Assembly (NCBI GenBank): GCA_023920165.1
Contig: CP089278.1
Location: forward strand, 2,790,001-2,854,000
Direction: 5' to 3'
DNA length: 64,000 nucleotides
Source of the DNA: Curvularia clavata
Lineage: Eukaryota
The first letter of the stretch is position 1; each line of letters begins with the position of its first letter. This document shows positions 1 to 11,514 of this stretch, in pieces. A program made the position numbers and the translations under genes. The notes under the pieces are model-generated. The model was not told where the DNA came from and did no database searches. It was given only the letters and a program-made list of their open reading frames with translations.

Positions 1-1241
1 ATAAGACGGCTGAAAAGGACCGCTATGGCTTTGATGGTCCAATCCATACTGTAGGCGGGAGAAAGTATCCGATACGAGACATCCTTCAACAGAGTGCAGA
101 AAATTTGGGTCACAAGTACAATCCAACCAGAGGCGACCCGGTTGGCTTAGGAGATATCACGCAGTGCTTCCGCGCCACATCCGAGTCGACCGTGACGAGA
201 CAGCACAGCGCCAAAGTGTACAGCCTCAGTGGCGTTGAAGTCTTTTGTGACACAACCGTAGCCCGGGTTCTCCTCGACGACACCAAGCGAGCTGTTGGCG
301 TCGAACTTACCTCTGGCAAACACATGACAGCTACCAAAGAGGTCATCATCTCCTGCGGAACTCAGATCTCACCAAAGATCCTAATGCTATCTGGCATTGG
401 CCCAGCCTCAGAACTGACCAAACACAACATCACCCCAATCATCGATTCCCCATTCGTCGGCCAAAACCTCTGCGACCACAACGCCATGTTCATGTATTTC
501 AAATTCAAAGACCCCTTGAAAGGCTACGCCCGGCCTTTTGTCGTCGAGAAACCCGAGTTCGGGCAAGGTATTCCATTCGACTTTGGTCTCTTCGCCTCCA
601 TCCCCGAGCCAGAACTCTCACCATATCTAAACCACGATGGTATCGACACACACGACGTACATGCCTTACTGCGACCAAATCGGAGTCACCACCTCAGTAT
701 TGCATTCTACTACCCCTTCCTCATTGATCCCCTAATGTACCCCACCGTAAAAGAAGATGGCGCACACTTCTCCCTCTGTGCACTCAACATGCTCCCCTTA
801 TCCCGGGGTAGCGTGACGCTGGCCTCTGCCGACCCCAACGATTATCCTATATGCAATCCGGGCTACCTGTCTACAGCCACCGACCGTTTTATTTTGCGCC
901 GCGCAGTCCGCGAGTCCCTTCGCCTCGTGGAGACAGAGCCACTGGCCTCGCAGGTTGAAGGCGAAGTCGCGCCCGCGGACGAAAGATTCCCTCCGCTGAC
1001 GATGAAGAGTAGCGATGAAGAGATCGATGCGAGGATTAGAGCGTTTACGGGGACGATTTCGCATCCAATGGGGACTTGTGCGCTGGGGAGCGTACTGGAT
1101 GGTGAGTTTAGGGTCAAAGGGGCGCAGGGGTTGAGGGTGTGTGATGCGAGTGTTTTCCCTGAACCGATTGGAGCGATGCCATCGTGTACGATTTATGCGT
1201 TGGCGGAGATGTGTGCGGATGTTGTGGCGGGGAGGGTGTGA
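1..1241 (+). CDS. GMC oxidoreductase, 5'-truncated by the window edge
   Basis: Frame is open from position 3. Contains GMC motifs EVIISCGTQISPKILMLSGIGP, VGQNLCDH, SRGSVTLAS, SHPMGTC and GLRVCDASVFP. Confidence 0.92.
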   Translation, partial: KTAEKDRYGFDGPIHTVGGRKYPIRDILQQSAENLGHKYNPTRGDPVGLGDITQCFRATSESTVTRQHSAKVYSLSGVEVFCDTTVARVLLDDTKRAVGVELTSGKHMTATKEVIISCGTQISPKILMLSGIGPASELTKHNITPIIDSPFVGQNLCDHNAMFMYFKFKDPLKGYARPFVVEKPEFGQGIPFDFGLFASIPEPELSPYLNHDGIDTHDVHALLRPNRSHHLSIAFYYPFLIDPLMYPTVKEDGAHFSLCALNMLPLSRGSVTLASADPNDYPICNPGYLSTATDRFILRRAVRESLRLVETEPLASQVEGEVAPADERFPPLTMKSSDEEIDARIRAFTGTISHPMGTCALGSVLDGEFRVKGAQGLRVCDASVFPEPIGAMPSCTIYALAEMCADVVAGRV

Positions 1242-2466
1242 GGTTGAGAAGGAGGGGAGATAGGATACACAAGAGAGACACAATACTTCTTACATACTCA
1301 ACTGCTCACAGGTATTGTGTTTTTGGAATCTGTAGAACCCTACACGCCCACTCGCCTTTTTTAACTCTAGAGTCTTATCTCAGGATTTTTATTTTCTAGT
1401 TAGAAGGATTCTGGAATCTCGTAATCTCTGCTTTGTTAATTTGAAATTCGCATCATTGAAACCGTCCAGCTTTGCCATTCATTTAGAAATTTTATACACG
1501 TAGGACTTGCAACATAGAAGTGACAACAGACTTATTTTTTTGGAATAAGATAGATTACGTAATTGATACTATCTTGGTAGTAGTTTACATACCCTTCTAC
1601 ATGTAGATCTGATGATCTGGGTTGAATTTCCCAGAAATGTATAATAAATAGGATGTGTGGAAAGGGTATGGGTAACCAAGTGTATTCGGAGTAACTTAGG
1701 TTAAACACAATTGTGAGGCTATATGCAGTACGGGATCACTGAGCCACTTGTGATTCAGTAACCGTCTATACTGACAGTGGCCACTGGAGCCCTGGGACCT
1801 CCACAAGCATCAGTTCGGACCATGTCCAGTTCGAAAGCCAGTCCGTCCAGTCCAGTCCAAGCAGATGACTGTTCGTTAGTGCCAAAGGGAAAAGTGGCGC
1901 AGATGAGCGAAGTGCCAGAACCAGCGGCGCGGATGCATTAAGTTACTTATGATAATACATATCCGAGATCCTCCTATTTGCGAAGGCCTAACATATTAAA
2001 CCTCCTACCGCGCCATGTTGAATCTTGCAGCGCTTCACACTCCCATACTCTATATTTGTATGAGCTTCGTTTGTACACTTAGCTCGCTTAGTATCCACGA
2101 CTGCTTACCTCTTTAGATTTTCAATCAGTGTGATCTGCTGAGGATTAGTGAAGATACACAGAAGGCTATAATCTAAACCGCACCTTTGTACTTATGGTCA
2201 CAATTTTCGCAAGCCTTCCCACTTTCACCTATATGAGCCTGGCAGGTGCAGCCTTGAACGAAGCATTGTCCTCCACCAAAATTGACCAGCTGGGGTCGGT
2301 TTCCTGACGCCATGTCAACCTCGTATGTTTTGTATTGAAAGGGTATTCTCTAAGAGTGAAGCTTAGACAAGAGCACGGCAATGGAATATAGGCGCAGAGA
2401 ATCTAGAGCCTTTATTAAATGTAAAGGATAGCACTCACAGAGGCATATTTAACTTAGAAGGTTTAA

Positions 2467-2908
2467 CCGTCGTTTTCCGAAACGTGTGTGGATGTGCAAA
2501 CCGGTGAAGTTCTAAACTCGAATCACAATTAATTTCATGTGAAAATTTCCCGCTATGGGCGGCCTGAATACGTGGTGTTGCGCCGATACTTTAATCCTCC
2601 AATGTTATTGAAGGATCAAGTGAGGGCCACGTAAAGCGGTCAGACTTATTGGTTGGTAACTTTTGTGAGGCGCGCTCGGCGTGCTCTGCCTCGTCGTTCC
2701 TCCCACGGTGACTGCGTGAACGTCAACGAAAATGATTGGAGGATCAATACTATCGACGCAACATCAAGCAGAACAGGTAGCATAGCACACAGTCAATGTA
2801 AGCTACGACTAGTTAGATATTTGTGCAACCACGTCATCAAGACAATTACGATGCCGTCGTTTCCCGAAACGCGCGGATATGCAGACCGGTGAAAACCTAG
2901 GCTCGAAT
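2467..2908 (+). repeat. Degenerate direct repeat, two ~55-57 bp copies (2467-2523 and 2854-2908)
   Basis: ccgtcgttttccgaaacgtgtgtggatgtgcaaaccggtgaagttctaaactcgaat versus ccgtcgtttcccgaaacgcgcggatatgcagaccggtgaaaacctaggctcgaat. Confidence 0.75.
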
Positions 2909-3128
2909 GATGGCTTTTTTTGAATGGGCAAAAGGTCAGACCGGTCAAGAAATTTCGCGGTCATTGGTTGAACAGTCGCTCAGCTAGCTTTCCTTTCCTC
3001 TTGGTTTCTGCAGCCGACTATTGATAAGGCTGACATATATTCCTTGTGACGAGACAACTCATCTCTCTTCAACATCCTACTGCACTCCATCTTTTTCGAG
3101 TGCAGACCTTGAGTACACAATTTCTAGG

Positions 3129-3340
3129 ATGATGCACCAAAGCTCCACTTCGCCCTTGAACTACGGCAATGGCCAGTGTTGTACCACGAGTTGTTCTTGC
3201 GGGGAATTCACGCCGTCGGCAGATAACCCAAATAATATGTGCACGTGCGGACATAACTACGCAGGTGAGTCCGTCAGAGTGTTGCAGGAGGTGTAATTAA
3301 GCTGATGCGGGACCGTGTAGCGCATTGGCGCAAACCGTAA
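3129..3340 (+). CDS. Putative 51-aa Cys/His-rich micro-protein (exons 3129-3264, 3321-3340)
   Basis: Intron 3265-3320 has a GTGAGT donor, GCTGAT branch and TAG acceptor. Splicing gives MMHQSSTSPLNYGNGQCCTTSCSCGEFTPSADNPNNMCTCGHNYAAHWRKP*. Confidence 0.6.
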
Positions 3341-4113
3341 CATGTTACGAACGGAGGCTAAATCACCATGAAGAGGTTGGAGCGAAAGGGCACCTAGGTA
3401 GGGACTCGGATTTCGGTGGGCAGAAGAGCCATTCAAGAGTGCGAGTGAAATATGGGAGTTGCGGATTCGATAGTCATTCATTATTGAGCTTTCTGATTTC
3501 TCTGTATGCGACTGAACATAAAGCTAGCTGTGAATGCAATGCTGTGAAGCAATCTGAACCCTAATAACGCAAGAGTCCAACACAAGATGCACGTGTACGA
3601 AGTTGGCTCTCTCTTGTTTAAAGCGGCAGGCTGGAGCAGCGAACATTGGCTGATCCGCTCTGGCCATACCCCTTTGTGGGCAACATGCCCTATCTCGGGG
3701 TGAAACTACCAGCAATGATGTCGGATCCTTATCCCACGAGCGCAGCCACTTTGCCAATGGTTAAAACCGAGCAAAACTCGCTCGTTATCTGGCGCGGTCC
3801 AATGCATCTATAATGCTACAGTAGTAGCTAGCCTATAAACCTATGTGGCCCACAAATCTACAAGGTGCGTTGTCTAGACGTCTAAAGTGTGAACCTGTCT
3901 CGCGACATAGTTTCTCTCCACTTAGGGCCGCACTTTAGTCTGAGATATTATGGGACACGATGAACGGCTTGGTCTAAGATTTTATACAAATCCATATTAT
4001 TTCAAGTAAACTATTATTCATATCAAAATCCAACGCAGAACATTCAATAATCAAAACCAATTCATGCGCTCCTCACACAGAAATCCTATTCGATATCCAA
4101 CTCCTTCAAGGCC

Positions 4114-5244
4114 CTACTCGATATCCACTTTGCGAACCTCGACATATCCCGAATCCAGCTTTGGCACCTCAACCCTCAACACACCATCCTCCAACTTGGC
4201 CGTGATACCATCAGCATCAACACTTGCCGGGTTTGCCCTCGTCCCAAGACGAATCTTCCTCTCAAAAGCTCCCACCTTCCTCTCATCCACCGCAAGTGTC
4301 TTCAAAAACTCCTCGTCACCAAGACGGTATATGACACCGGCAACACTCAGCTCGCTCTTCTCAGCATCCCAGTTCACACCCACATCTTCCTTCTTGGCGC
4401 CAGGAAGCGAGACGTGAATCACGTAGGCGGACTCGGTATCGAAGATGTCAGCTTCAGGAGTGTGGTCCTGGTTTGCAGAGGACCTGCCGGCAGGTCCAGC
4501 GTTGTCTTTGGAGTCAGTGAATTGGTTGAAGAGGTGGGCGACGAGCGTGGATGGGTCGAAACCGCCGCCCATGCCTCCGAAAGGACCTCCATGGGCCCAT
4601 GGACCCCATCCTCCGCGACGACCGCCGTGGTGAGGACCATGGTGGGGAGGAGGAGGGGGGCCGTGGTGAGGAGGAGGGCCGTGAGGAGGAGGGCCGTGAG
4701 GAGGAGGAGGAGGGCCGTGGTGAGGAGGAGGACCATGGTGGGGAGGAGGACCATGGTGGGGAGGAGGAGGACCCCAGTGTGGTCCAGGGCCGTGACAAGG
4801 CCCAGAGCCATGTCGTCCGCCAGGCCCACAGCGGCCGCGTGGCCCTCGACCACAACGGCCATGGCGTTCTCGCCCGTGTGGTGCACGTTCAGCACAAGCT
4901 TCATTGTCAGATTCGGAGGTACCAGAGGGGCCCTCCCCGTTATCATTCGCATCAGTCATTTCTGGTTGTTTTTCGCCTGCAGGCTCTTCGTGGTGGTCTT
5001 CATGATTTTCATGAGGGAAGCGTCCGCGGTGAGGCACGCCTCTGGGGCCACCGAAGAATGCATTGCCCCAGGTCCAGGGAGCAAATGGATCCTGGGGTTC
5101 TTGAGGTCCCTGAGGCCCGTCGTATTCATGCTCGTTTTCAGCATGATTCTGATCGGGCTGAGGGCGATGGAATCCTTGCTGCTCAAGGCTGGCAATGAAG
5201 TCCCAGAAAGGCGCAGACTGGTTCATATATGCGACTGAGGGCAT
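4114..5244 (-). CDS. HSP20/alpha-crystallin family protein with long His/Pro/Gly-rich N-terminal extension
   Basis: C-terminal alpha-crystallin domain: PEADIFDTESAYVIHVSLPGAKKEDVGV...GAFERKIRL...ITAKLEDGVLRVEVPK. Confidence 0.9.
   Translation of the reverse strand: MPSVAYMNQSAPFWDFIASLEQQGFHRPQPDQNHAENEHEYDGPQGPQEPQDPFAPWTWGNAFFGGPRGVPHRGRFPHENHEDHHEEPAGEKQPEMTDANDNGEGPSGTSESDNEACAERAPHGRERHGRCGRGPRGRCGPGGRHGSGPCHGPGPHWGPPPPHHGPPPHHGPPPHHGPPPPPHGPPPHGPPPHHGPPPPPHHGPHHGGRRGGWGPWAHGGPFGGMGGGFDPSTLVAHLFNQFTDSKDNAGPAGRSSANQDHTPEADIFDTESAYVIHVSLPGAKKEDVGVNWDAEKSELSVAGVIYRLGDEEFLKTLAVDERKVGAFERKIRLGTRANPASVDADGITAKLEDGVLRVEVPKLDSGYVEVRKVDIE
4626..4771 (-). repeat. Coding tandem repeat (PPP(P)HHG units) in the HSP20 gene
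   Basis: About 8 imperfect 15-24 bp units such as ggaggagggccgtggtga and ggaggaggaccatggtgg on the + strand. Confidence 0.9.
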
Positions 5245-6166
5245 ATTGATGTTTGTAAATATAGGGCAGTGAATTGGTAAATTGTGTAGACTGAATGTCC
5301 GAGTGACGTGAAAGCATATTGTCTATTATTTTCCAACGCTTTATGCAAAGCAAAAGGCTCCAGGCACCACCTGCACGTGATGGCGTACGTATGTGCAGTC
5401 GTTTCGCCTTATCGCCACGCCGGTCCTAGTTGGCCAGAAAGCACGCCTTCGATATCGAAAGGCCAATTGCGCGCCATAGTCCCAGGCTATCGGAATCACA
5501 AAGAAACAACGAGAACGGCCTTGAACCACAAGCCTTGCCGCCATGAGTCTAGGGTGCTGTCTGGCCAGATTCTGGTCAGGCAGTAGGATGTTACGCGTTC
5601 AAGTGGTCGGTCAAACCGGAGCGTGGATTCCTCCGATGTGGCGGTGGCTGGAGAAGGGACGACATGATTGGCTGGCTGTCCCTGGTAAGGGTGTGTTGAA
5701 TGTCTGGTAGTATGGTTGTCGGAGGTTATTACTATCCGTGCTGCATATTGAGTGATAGAAGGACTGAAGTGAGAGGGAGAATGGTAAGAAAGGAAAAGAG
5801 ATGCTTGTCAGGAGGATGCTGGCGCATGGGCAGTGTTTGGCACCGTAAGCATTACAGCGAAGAATCAACAAGACATCATTCGATAAGCCCGCAAGGAGTA
5901 AAGACCGAAGGGATCAGGTGGCAACACCTGTTTGAAGCAAGGGGACGGACGCGGGGGAGGGGTAGCTGCAACCAGCTCCTACTATGACGCTATACGCTCG
6001 CAGCCCGCAGCCGTCAAGTGGTGGTGGTGCCCCACCCAAACTTCAACTTTACTTTCTCCAACCCTCGACTCTAAAATCCCCACTTCTCAGATATTTCTCT
6101 TTGTATCCACCACACCAATCCCCCAATTTCTAACCACATCAATTGCACCCGCACAAGATCACCGCC

Positions 6167-6753
6167 ATGTCCACCAGCATTCCCACCTCCACCTCGGTCC
6201 ACGAGTCTGCCGTCATCGAGGCGCCATTCAGCGATGTCTGGCACCTGATCAAGCTGCAGGACTTCAGCAAGTTCTGGACCCGCCTCGAGAAGAGCGAGTT
6301 CGTCAAGGGCACATCCGACGAGACCGACATCGTCAAGTGGACATTCAAGGACGGCACCGAGCTCGAGGTGAAGCAGGAGGAGCACTCAGTACGTAATGCT
6401 CCGTTGCTTTCGTCACATCTTTTGTTTTTCTTTTTAAAAATTTGAAGCTAATCCAGCAATTTAGTCCATTGACCACTACATCACATACTCGGTCATCACC
6501 TCCAAGCCCGAGCTTTCCTACTCTTCCGTCGTCTCTACCGTCCGCGCGTACCCCGTTACATCAGGCAAGCACCAGGGACAGACATTCGTCACATGGTCCG
6601 GCAACTTCAGCAACGATGCCGATGCTAGTATGTAGCTTTTGTTTTGTGCTTCTGTTCCCTTCATACTGACATGCGCTAGGTGTGATCCAAGACGCCAAGT
6701 TCAAGCGTCGCGAGGCCCTTGCCGACCTCGCCCAGGCTGCTTCGAAGAAATAG
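6167..6753 (+). CDS. Bet v1-like/START (polyketide cyclase-type) small protein; exons 6167-6388, 6465-6627, 6680-6753
   Basis: Two canonical introns keep the frame: SAVIEAPFSDVWHLIK...HSSIDHYITYSVI...TFVTWSGNFSNDADASVIQDAKFKRREALADL. Confidence 0.85.
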
Positions 6754-7219
6754 TGTTTGAAAGGGGTGAGAGCAAGGCGCTCGAGTGAATCAGGTCCCCA
6801 GATTTTTACGTTTGCGGGCGACTTCATTATGTAGTCACGGCTGCTGCTACCCAATTGCCGGAAAGCACTGGCCGGCAGCTGCTGAGAACCTGATTGCAAG
6901 CGTCTCATATGATAGCGATACCATGAGGAAATGATATTGATATTTCATCTCCATTGCTGACACAAGAGCTCCTGCAAGTGTTCACTTTCACTCCGCCGTT
7001 TGTTATGATGACGTATTAAGAAACAAGGTGAGGCTCTAATCTTGTCCCCTTAACTACTTCTGGACCGCGTGACTGTCGCCTTCACCGCGCCAAACGGACG
7101 GCACCTTCCATTATTTGAGTTCTTCTCTCGCTCCCCACCCTCACAAATCCTATAGACACGGAGTAGCAATATCCTCAACCCGGATATTCCTTACAGTTGA
7201 AGCTGTGCCAGAAGACAAC

Positions 7220-7801
7220 ATGACCAATAGCCTCACTACCAATGGCTCCTGGGTCAACGGAGGACCTGTATCTACGCCACCACAGCAGCTTGGACCCCCG
7301 AGCGTCAACTCCAACAAATTGGTCTCTCCATATACGGAATCTCTCTGCGCCAACTTCGAGCCCAAGACCAAAATCGAGTTTGACTCTGCACAGATGCAGT
7401 CAACGGCAATGCCCCAGCCGCTATTCACTTCAGAGAAAAACACAGCACCCTTTACCCACTCTCCAGCTCTAATTTCCCCAATCTTTCCCAACGAGCTGCC
7501 TGCCCGGCCAGCGCCTCGCCCCTCTCTTATCAGCCGCGTATTCCATCTCTCTTCGCATGCCACGCGTCCCCCTCGCTGCGACAAACGCGGCGATAATGTC
7601 TTTGGTACACCAGATATCGAGATGGGTCGACACGGAACATTTACTTATGGCTCGCGCAAAGATGAAAAGTATCACAGTGTCAAGTTAGGCTTGCTGCTGG
7701 CGGGTGGTACGGTTCTCTGCATGATGCTGGGTATGGTTGTCTACTTGGTTGTCATGTACGCTCAGGATGAGCATCAGCATATGCATGTGTCTGCTCGCTG
7801 A
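7220..7801 (+). CDS. Hypothetical protein with one C-terminal transmembrane helix
   Basis: Pro/Ser-rich ORF ending in hydrophobic LGLLLAGGTVLCMMLGMVVYLVVMYA; ATG at 7220. Confidence 0.55.
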   Translation: MTNSLTTNGSWVNGGPVSTPPQQLGPPSVNSNKLVSPYTESLCANFEPKTKIEFDSAQMQSTAMPQPLFTSEKNTAPFTHSPALISPIFPNELPARPAPRPSLISRVFHLSSHATRPPRCDKRGDNVFGTPDIEMGRHGTFTYGSRKDEKYHSVKLGLLLAGGTVLCMMLGMVVYLVVMYAQDEHQHMHVSAR

Positions 7802-8018
7802 GATGGATTATTGACGTCAAGGTATTTGGATGGGTGTGGTAGCGGTCACGACAGATACGGTTCGTCTTCTTGTCGACGAAGCGCAAATAAGTCCGGAACT
7901 TTTCCATAGGAAAGAATCTACACCATAAGCCAGGAAAATGCGTCACGCTTTCAAACAGCGATATAACCGAGTATCTATACTAGTTTTTATGCATTATGTA
8001 TTATACATTATCTTGCAA

Positions 8019-9281
8019 TTATCGTCGCCTGCGCTGAGGCCCAGACAAAATGCATCCATCCGCACACTTCGGGTCCGTACTGTTATAGGCGATCTCACCT
8101 ACACTCGCACCGGGCTCTACACTAGGATCCCGTGGGATCGAAAACATGCGGCCGTCCTCTGGCGACACAACTGTCTCAAGGATATCACCAAACGCATTCC
8201 TGACATGAGCAATCGGCTGACCCTTTGAGACTGGCTCATCAACACCAACAAGCGTCTCGACAAATCCGCCGTACTGTGTATACGTATCATGAAACGTGTT
8301 GATCACATACGTCTTGCTGAGATCAGGCTCGACTGTCGCATTGGTCGGCGTTATTTTTAAATCGACCATGACGCGGTTGACATAGTCGACTACGCGGTTG
8401 ATGAGGCTCGTGTTCCAGACTCTAGCCTGGCCCATTTCGACCGTCAGAGAGGGGACCTTGTAGTCGACAAATGTCGTCTCGATAGAACCGGGCTCGCCAA
8501 CGTCGATCTTCAGTGTGTCGGGTTGCAGGAGCTTGGCCAGGCGCTCAACGTAGGGCAGGCGGAAGTCAGCGTAGCACCAGAGAGAGGTGTCGGCGCCGGT
8601 GCTGGGCGTGTCTGGTATCAATCTATTAGCCACCCAATTTAGTAAGAAACTGGACATATGAAGCACGTACGTAGGTCGATGCCGACGTCGACATTCGAAG
8701 TATTGGCCCAGATCTGGTTCCAGATATTGTACGCAAGGATATCTGGGCCGCTACCTCCTTCTGTGGCCGCTGTGCCCGGGAAAATACGGTTCACGTTGAT
8801 GAGACTTCCGCTTCCGGCTGCGGTGTAATAGTTGCGCTGACTCATGTAGATACCCATTGGATTGACGGTGGGGATACCAATGACTAGTTACACGTTAACC
8901 TCACATTCTAAAGAGCGATTAGAGTGCCATACCAGTGCCATTGAGTGTCGCAACCTGGTCCTTGAGTTGTTCAAAGACGCGTTGAACCACACGGACTGGA
9001 TTCAGTTCATCACCATGGATTGAAGCCGAGACAGACAGCTTTTTGCCCGTATGCAGACTCTCTTCTGTTCCACGCGCGACCATGATGGGAATGAGAACCG
9101 GGTGTCCGCCATTGAGCTCGCCCGCGCGCATGTAGTACTTGGTGACGGTCTGCGGCGGTAGGTCTGCCAGGTTGAGGCCTTGAATAACAGGAACGCCATT
9201 CACAACATCACCCGTCAGATTGAGCGCATACGAGCTGCCGGCGAGAGCCGCGGTCGTCGCTAGAGCAGAGAGAAGCTGCAT
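8019..9281 (-). CDS. Secreted succinylglutamate desuccinylase/aspartoacylase (M14-like) family protein, 2 introns
   Basis: Signal peptide; Zn-site motifs HGDELNP, NVNRIFPG, IDLH (joined across intron 8612-8670) and TVEMG; C-terminal biotinyl-like segment. Confidence 0.85.
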
Positions 9282-10190
9282 GGTTGTCGCGTGGAGTTGG
9301 AGGTGGCCGTGAGCATCATGCTCGGGCTGTCCAGACCCATTTTATATGTTGAGCATTTCCGATAAGGTACCAGCCGTTTGTATTTCGACTGCTCGCCCGA
9401 GTACAGCTCTACAGCGCAATCAGGAAGGTCGATCTGCCTTTTCTCCACGCCAGTGACGGTGCCCAGACTGAGCCGACATGCCAATTCTTGGCGTCTCCAG
9501 AGTTGATCCGAGATTCGGGTGTGGGTGGAAAGGCAAAGGCTGGGAAAGGCACAGATTCAAGTGGTCCTGAGCGAAAACATTGTCAGCAGCATGGCGGTGT
9601 TGTGCCTGCAGATACCAAGACGATGATCAAGTTAGTGTCGACACTGCATGTTGATGGTTCGGATGTGGTGGGGTAGAAGCTTGCGCGAGTCATGAGAGCT
9701 TGGTAGAGATAAGACGCGAATAAGGCCTTTAGTCTTACTCGTACAGCTCATTCCTACTCCAGAGCTCTGTCGATTTTCGAGTTGCTGACGAGCAATAGTC
9801 GCACAGTGGGGATGCTGCTTTAGCACTTTTCAGTCGAGTTACCCACCGGGGCAATGCTCGGGTCATTTTCGTCAGGACATGGTGGCCTCGATTACATACC
9901 TAGAACTAGAACGACACCAAATTGTACTCGCGATGCAGAACTTGAACTCGAGAAAAAGAGGGATCAGAGTCCTACTTATCAGAGTGGCGTCACTACGCAG
10001 CACGCTCTCTTCCCCTCGGATTTCACACAAACACTCAAAAGCAGAATACTTGAATGTTAATGTACAATTAATCCGTTATTCAGGCACTTGCGTCGAGCTC
10101 AGTATCAACAGCAGTACATGTAGCTTTACGGCTTTCACACTAACATCATACCCTCATGCAAACATGTGCTCATTAAAAAACTTTCTTAAC

Positions 10191-10836
10191 TCAAGCCTGA
10201 GCCGGCTCCCGCTCCTCAGCCGGCGGGCCCCCAACATTACCCCTCTGACCCGTCGGCACATCACCCAGATTCCTCTGAGCCGCATGTCTGGGATCATCCT
10301 TCAGCGTTCTGATATCTCCACCACTCTGCTGGTCCTTCACGCCGGACGACAGCCCATCAAGGCCTTGTCCAACTCTCGTTTCATCGCGGAGCTCAGAAGA
10401 TGTCTGGCCCTGGCCTGGGTGCCCGAGTCCAGTGTGCACGTCAGAGGAAGTGGCACCTTGGAGGGTGTCAGAGGCGCTTTGGTACATCTTTTGGTTGTTG
10501 GTATCTGGGTTGGGGGTGAAGGTCTTGTCGGCAGGGGCGGTGCCAGGAGGGAGGGTTTGAGCGTGGAATTCGGGGGCGGCGTCGTTGCCAACGAGTTTGC
10601 CGGGTTGGTGCTGAGGAGTGTTAGCTTAAGTCGGTGGAGGATGACAAATGGGTTTGGTTGAATTAACGATGTTGGTGTTTGATCGTGATTGCCCAACTCG
10701 CCCCAACACGTTTTTACGTATGAATGAAGAGACAGTCTGCACTTACACCACCCTTCATAAGGGGCTCGCTTCCTGCAACGTGACCTGCAAACTCACGTCC
10801 GTCGCTGACTGCATCGGGGTTCTTGTTCTGGCTCAT
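10191..10836 (-). CDS. Small hydrophilic conserved fungal protein (exons 10836-10747, 10610-10191)
   Basis: MSQNKNPDAVSDGREFAGHVAGSEPLMKGG | HQPGKLVGNDAAPEFHAQTLPPGTAP...ATSSDVHTGLGHPGQGQTSSEL; intron GTAAGT...GCTAAC...CAG. Confidence 0.75.
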
Positions 10837-11514
10837 GGTTGCGTTATGTGTTTGAAACTTGATAGTTCAGCTTTGGAATTTTTTGAAAATGTAAATGAAA
10901 TTATCGAGATGTATGATATGAGAATTCTATTGTGCCTACCTGGAGCTATTTATCATATCAATTCTCATTTTCATATAAAAGGCGTCACCATTTTGACATC
11001 AAGTCGACGTCATGTATGGCCCAACGCTAAGTCGGGCGCCATATGCATATATGCATCAGCTGGGATGAGCGGGTACCTGACGTCGATTGATTGAGGTGGT
11101 GTGGTTCGATTGCGTTGCATTTCAAATATGAATCGGCGATGCTGGTGAGCTCGAGGGATTGATGCGAATGGGGCTAGGGTGAGGATATTCGGAACTGATT
11201 TCCGAATGGATTCCGATGCTCGTGTGTCTTTTTCCTATTACCCTATAGGAGCTTATGAGTAATCTCGTTCGAGGAAGATGGAATATCATCATGCAGTCAT
11301 TGCAGTTCAGTCCAGCAGTCAAGAATATCTAGAGATCCAATCTTGACTATGTCTCGTTACACAGTACACTACCTACACCATCATTGATGCACCACTGATC
11401 TTAGAAATTACATTACTATAAGATGACGGCGAGTGATACGAGTATAATACTTCTTGCTATATAATCTCAATCCACCTTCCATGGTGAAGTTCCCATGAAC
11501 CTCACCAATCACAC

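Noticed and set aside
4414..5238. Several long antisense or alternate-frame ORFs over the HSP20 gene
   Set aside because: By-products of the stop-poor coding repeat and GC-rich codon usage.
9879..10661. 260-aa plus-strand ORF
   Set aside because: Antisense to the spliced minus-strand gene at 10191-10836, which has the better motif and splice support.
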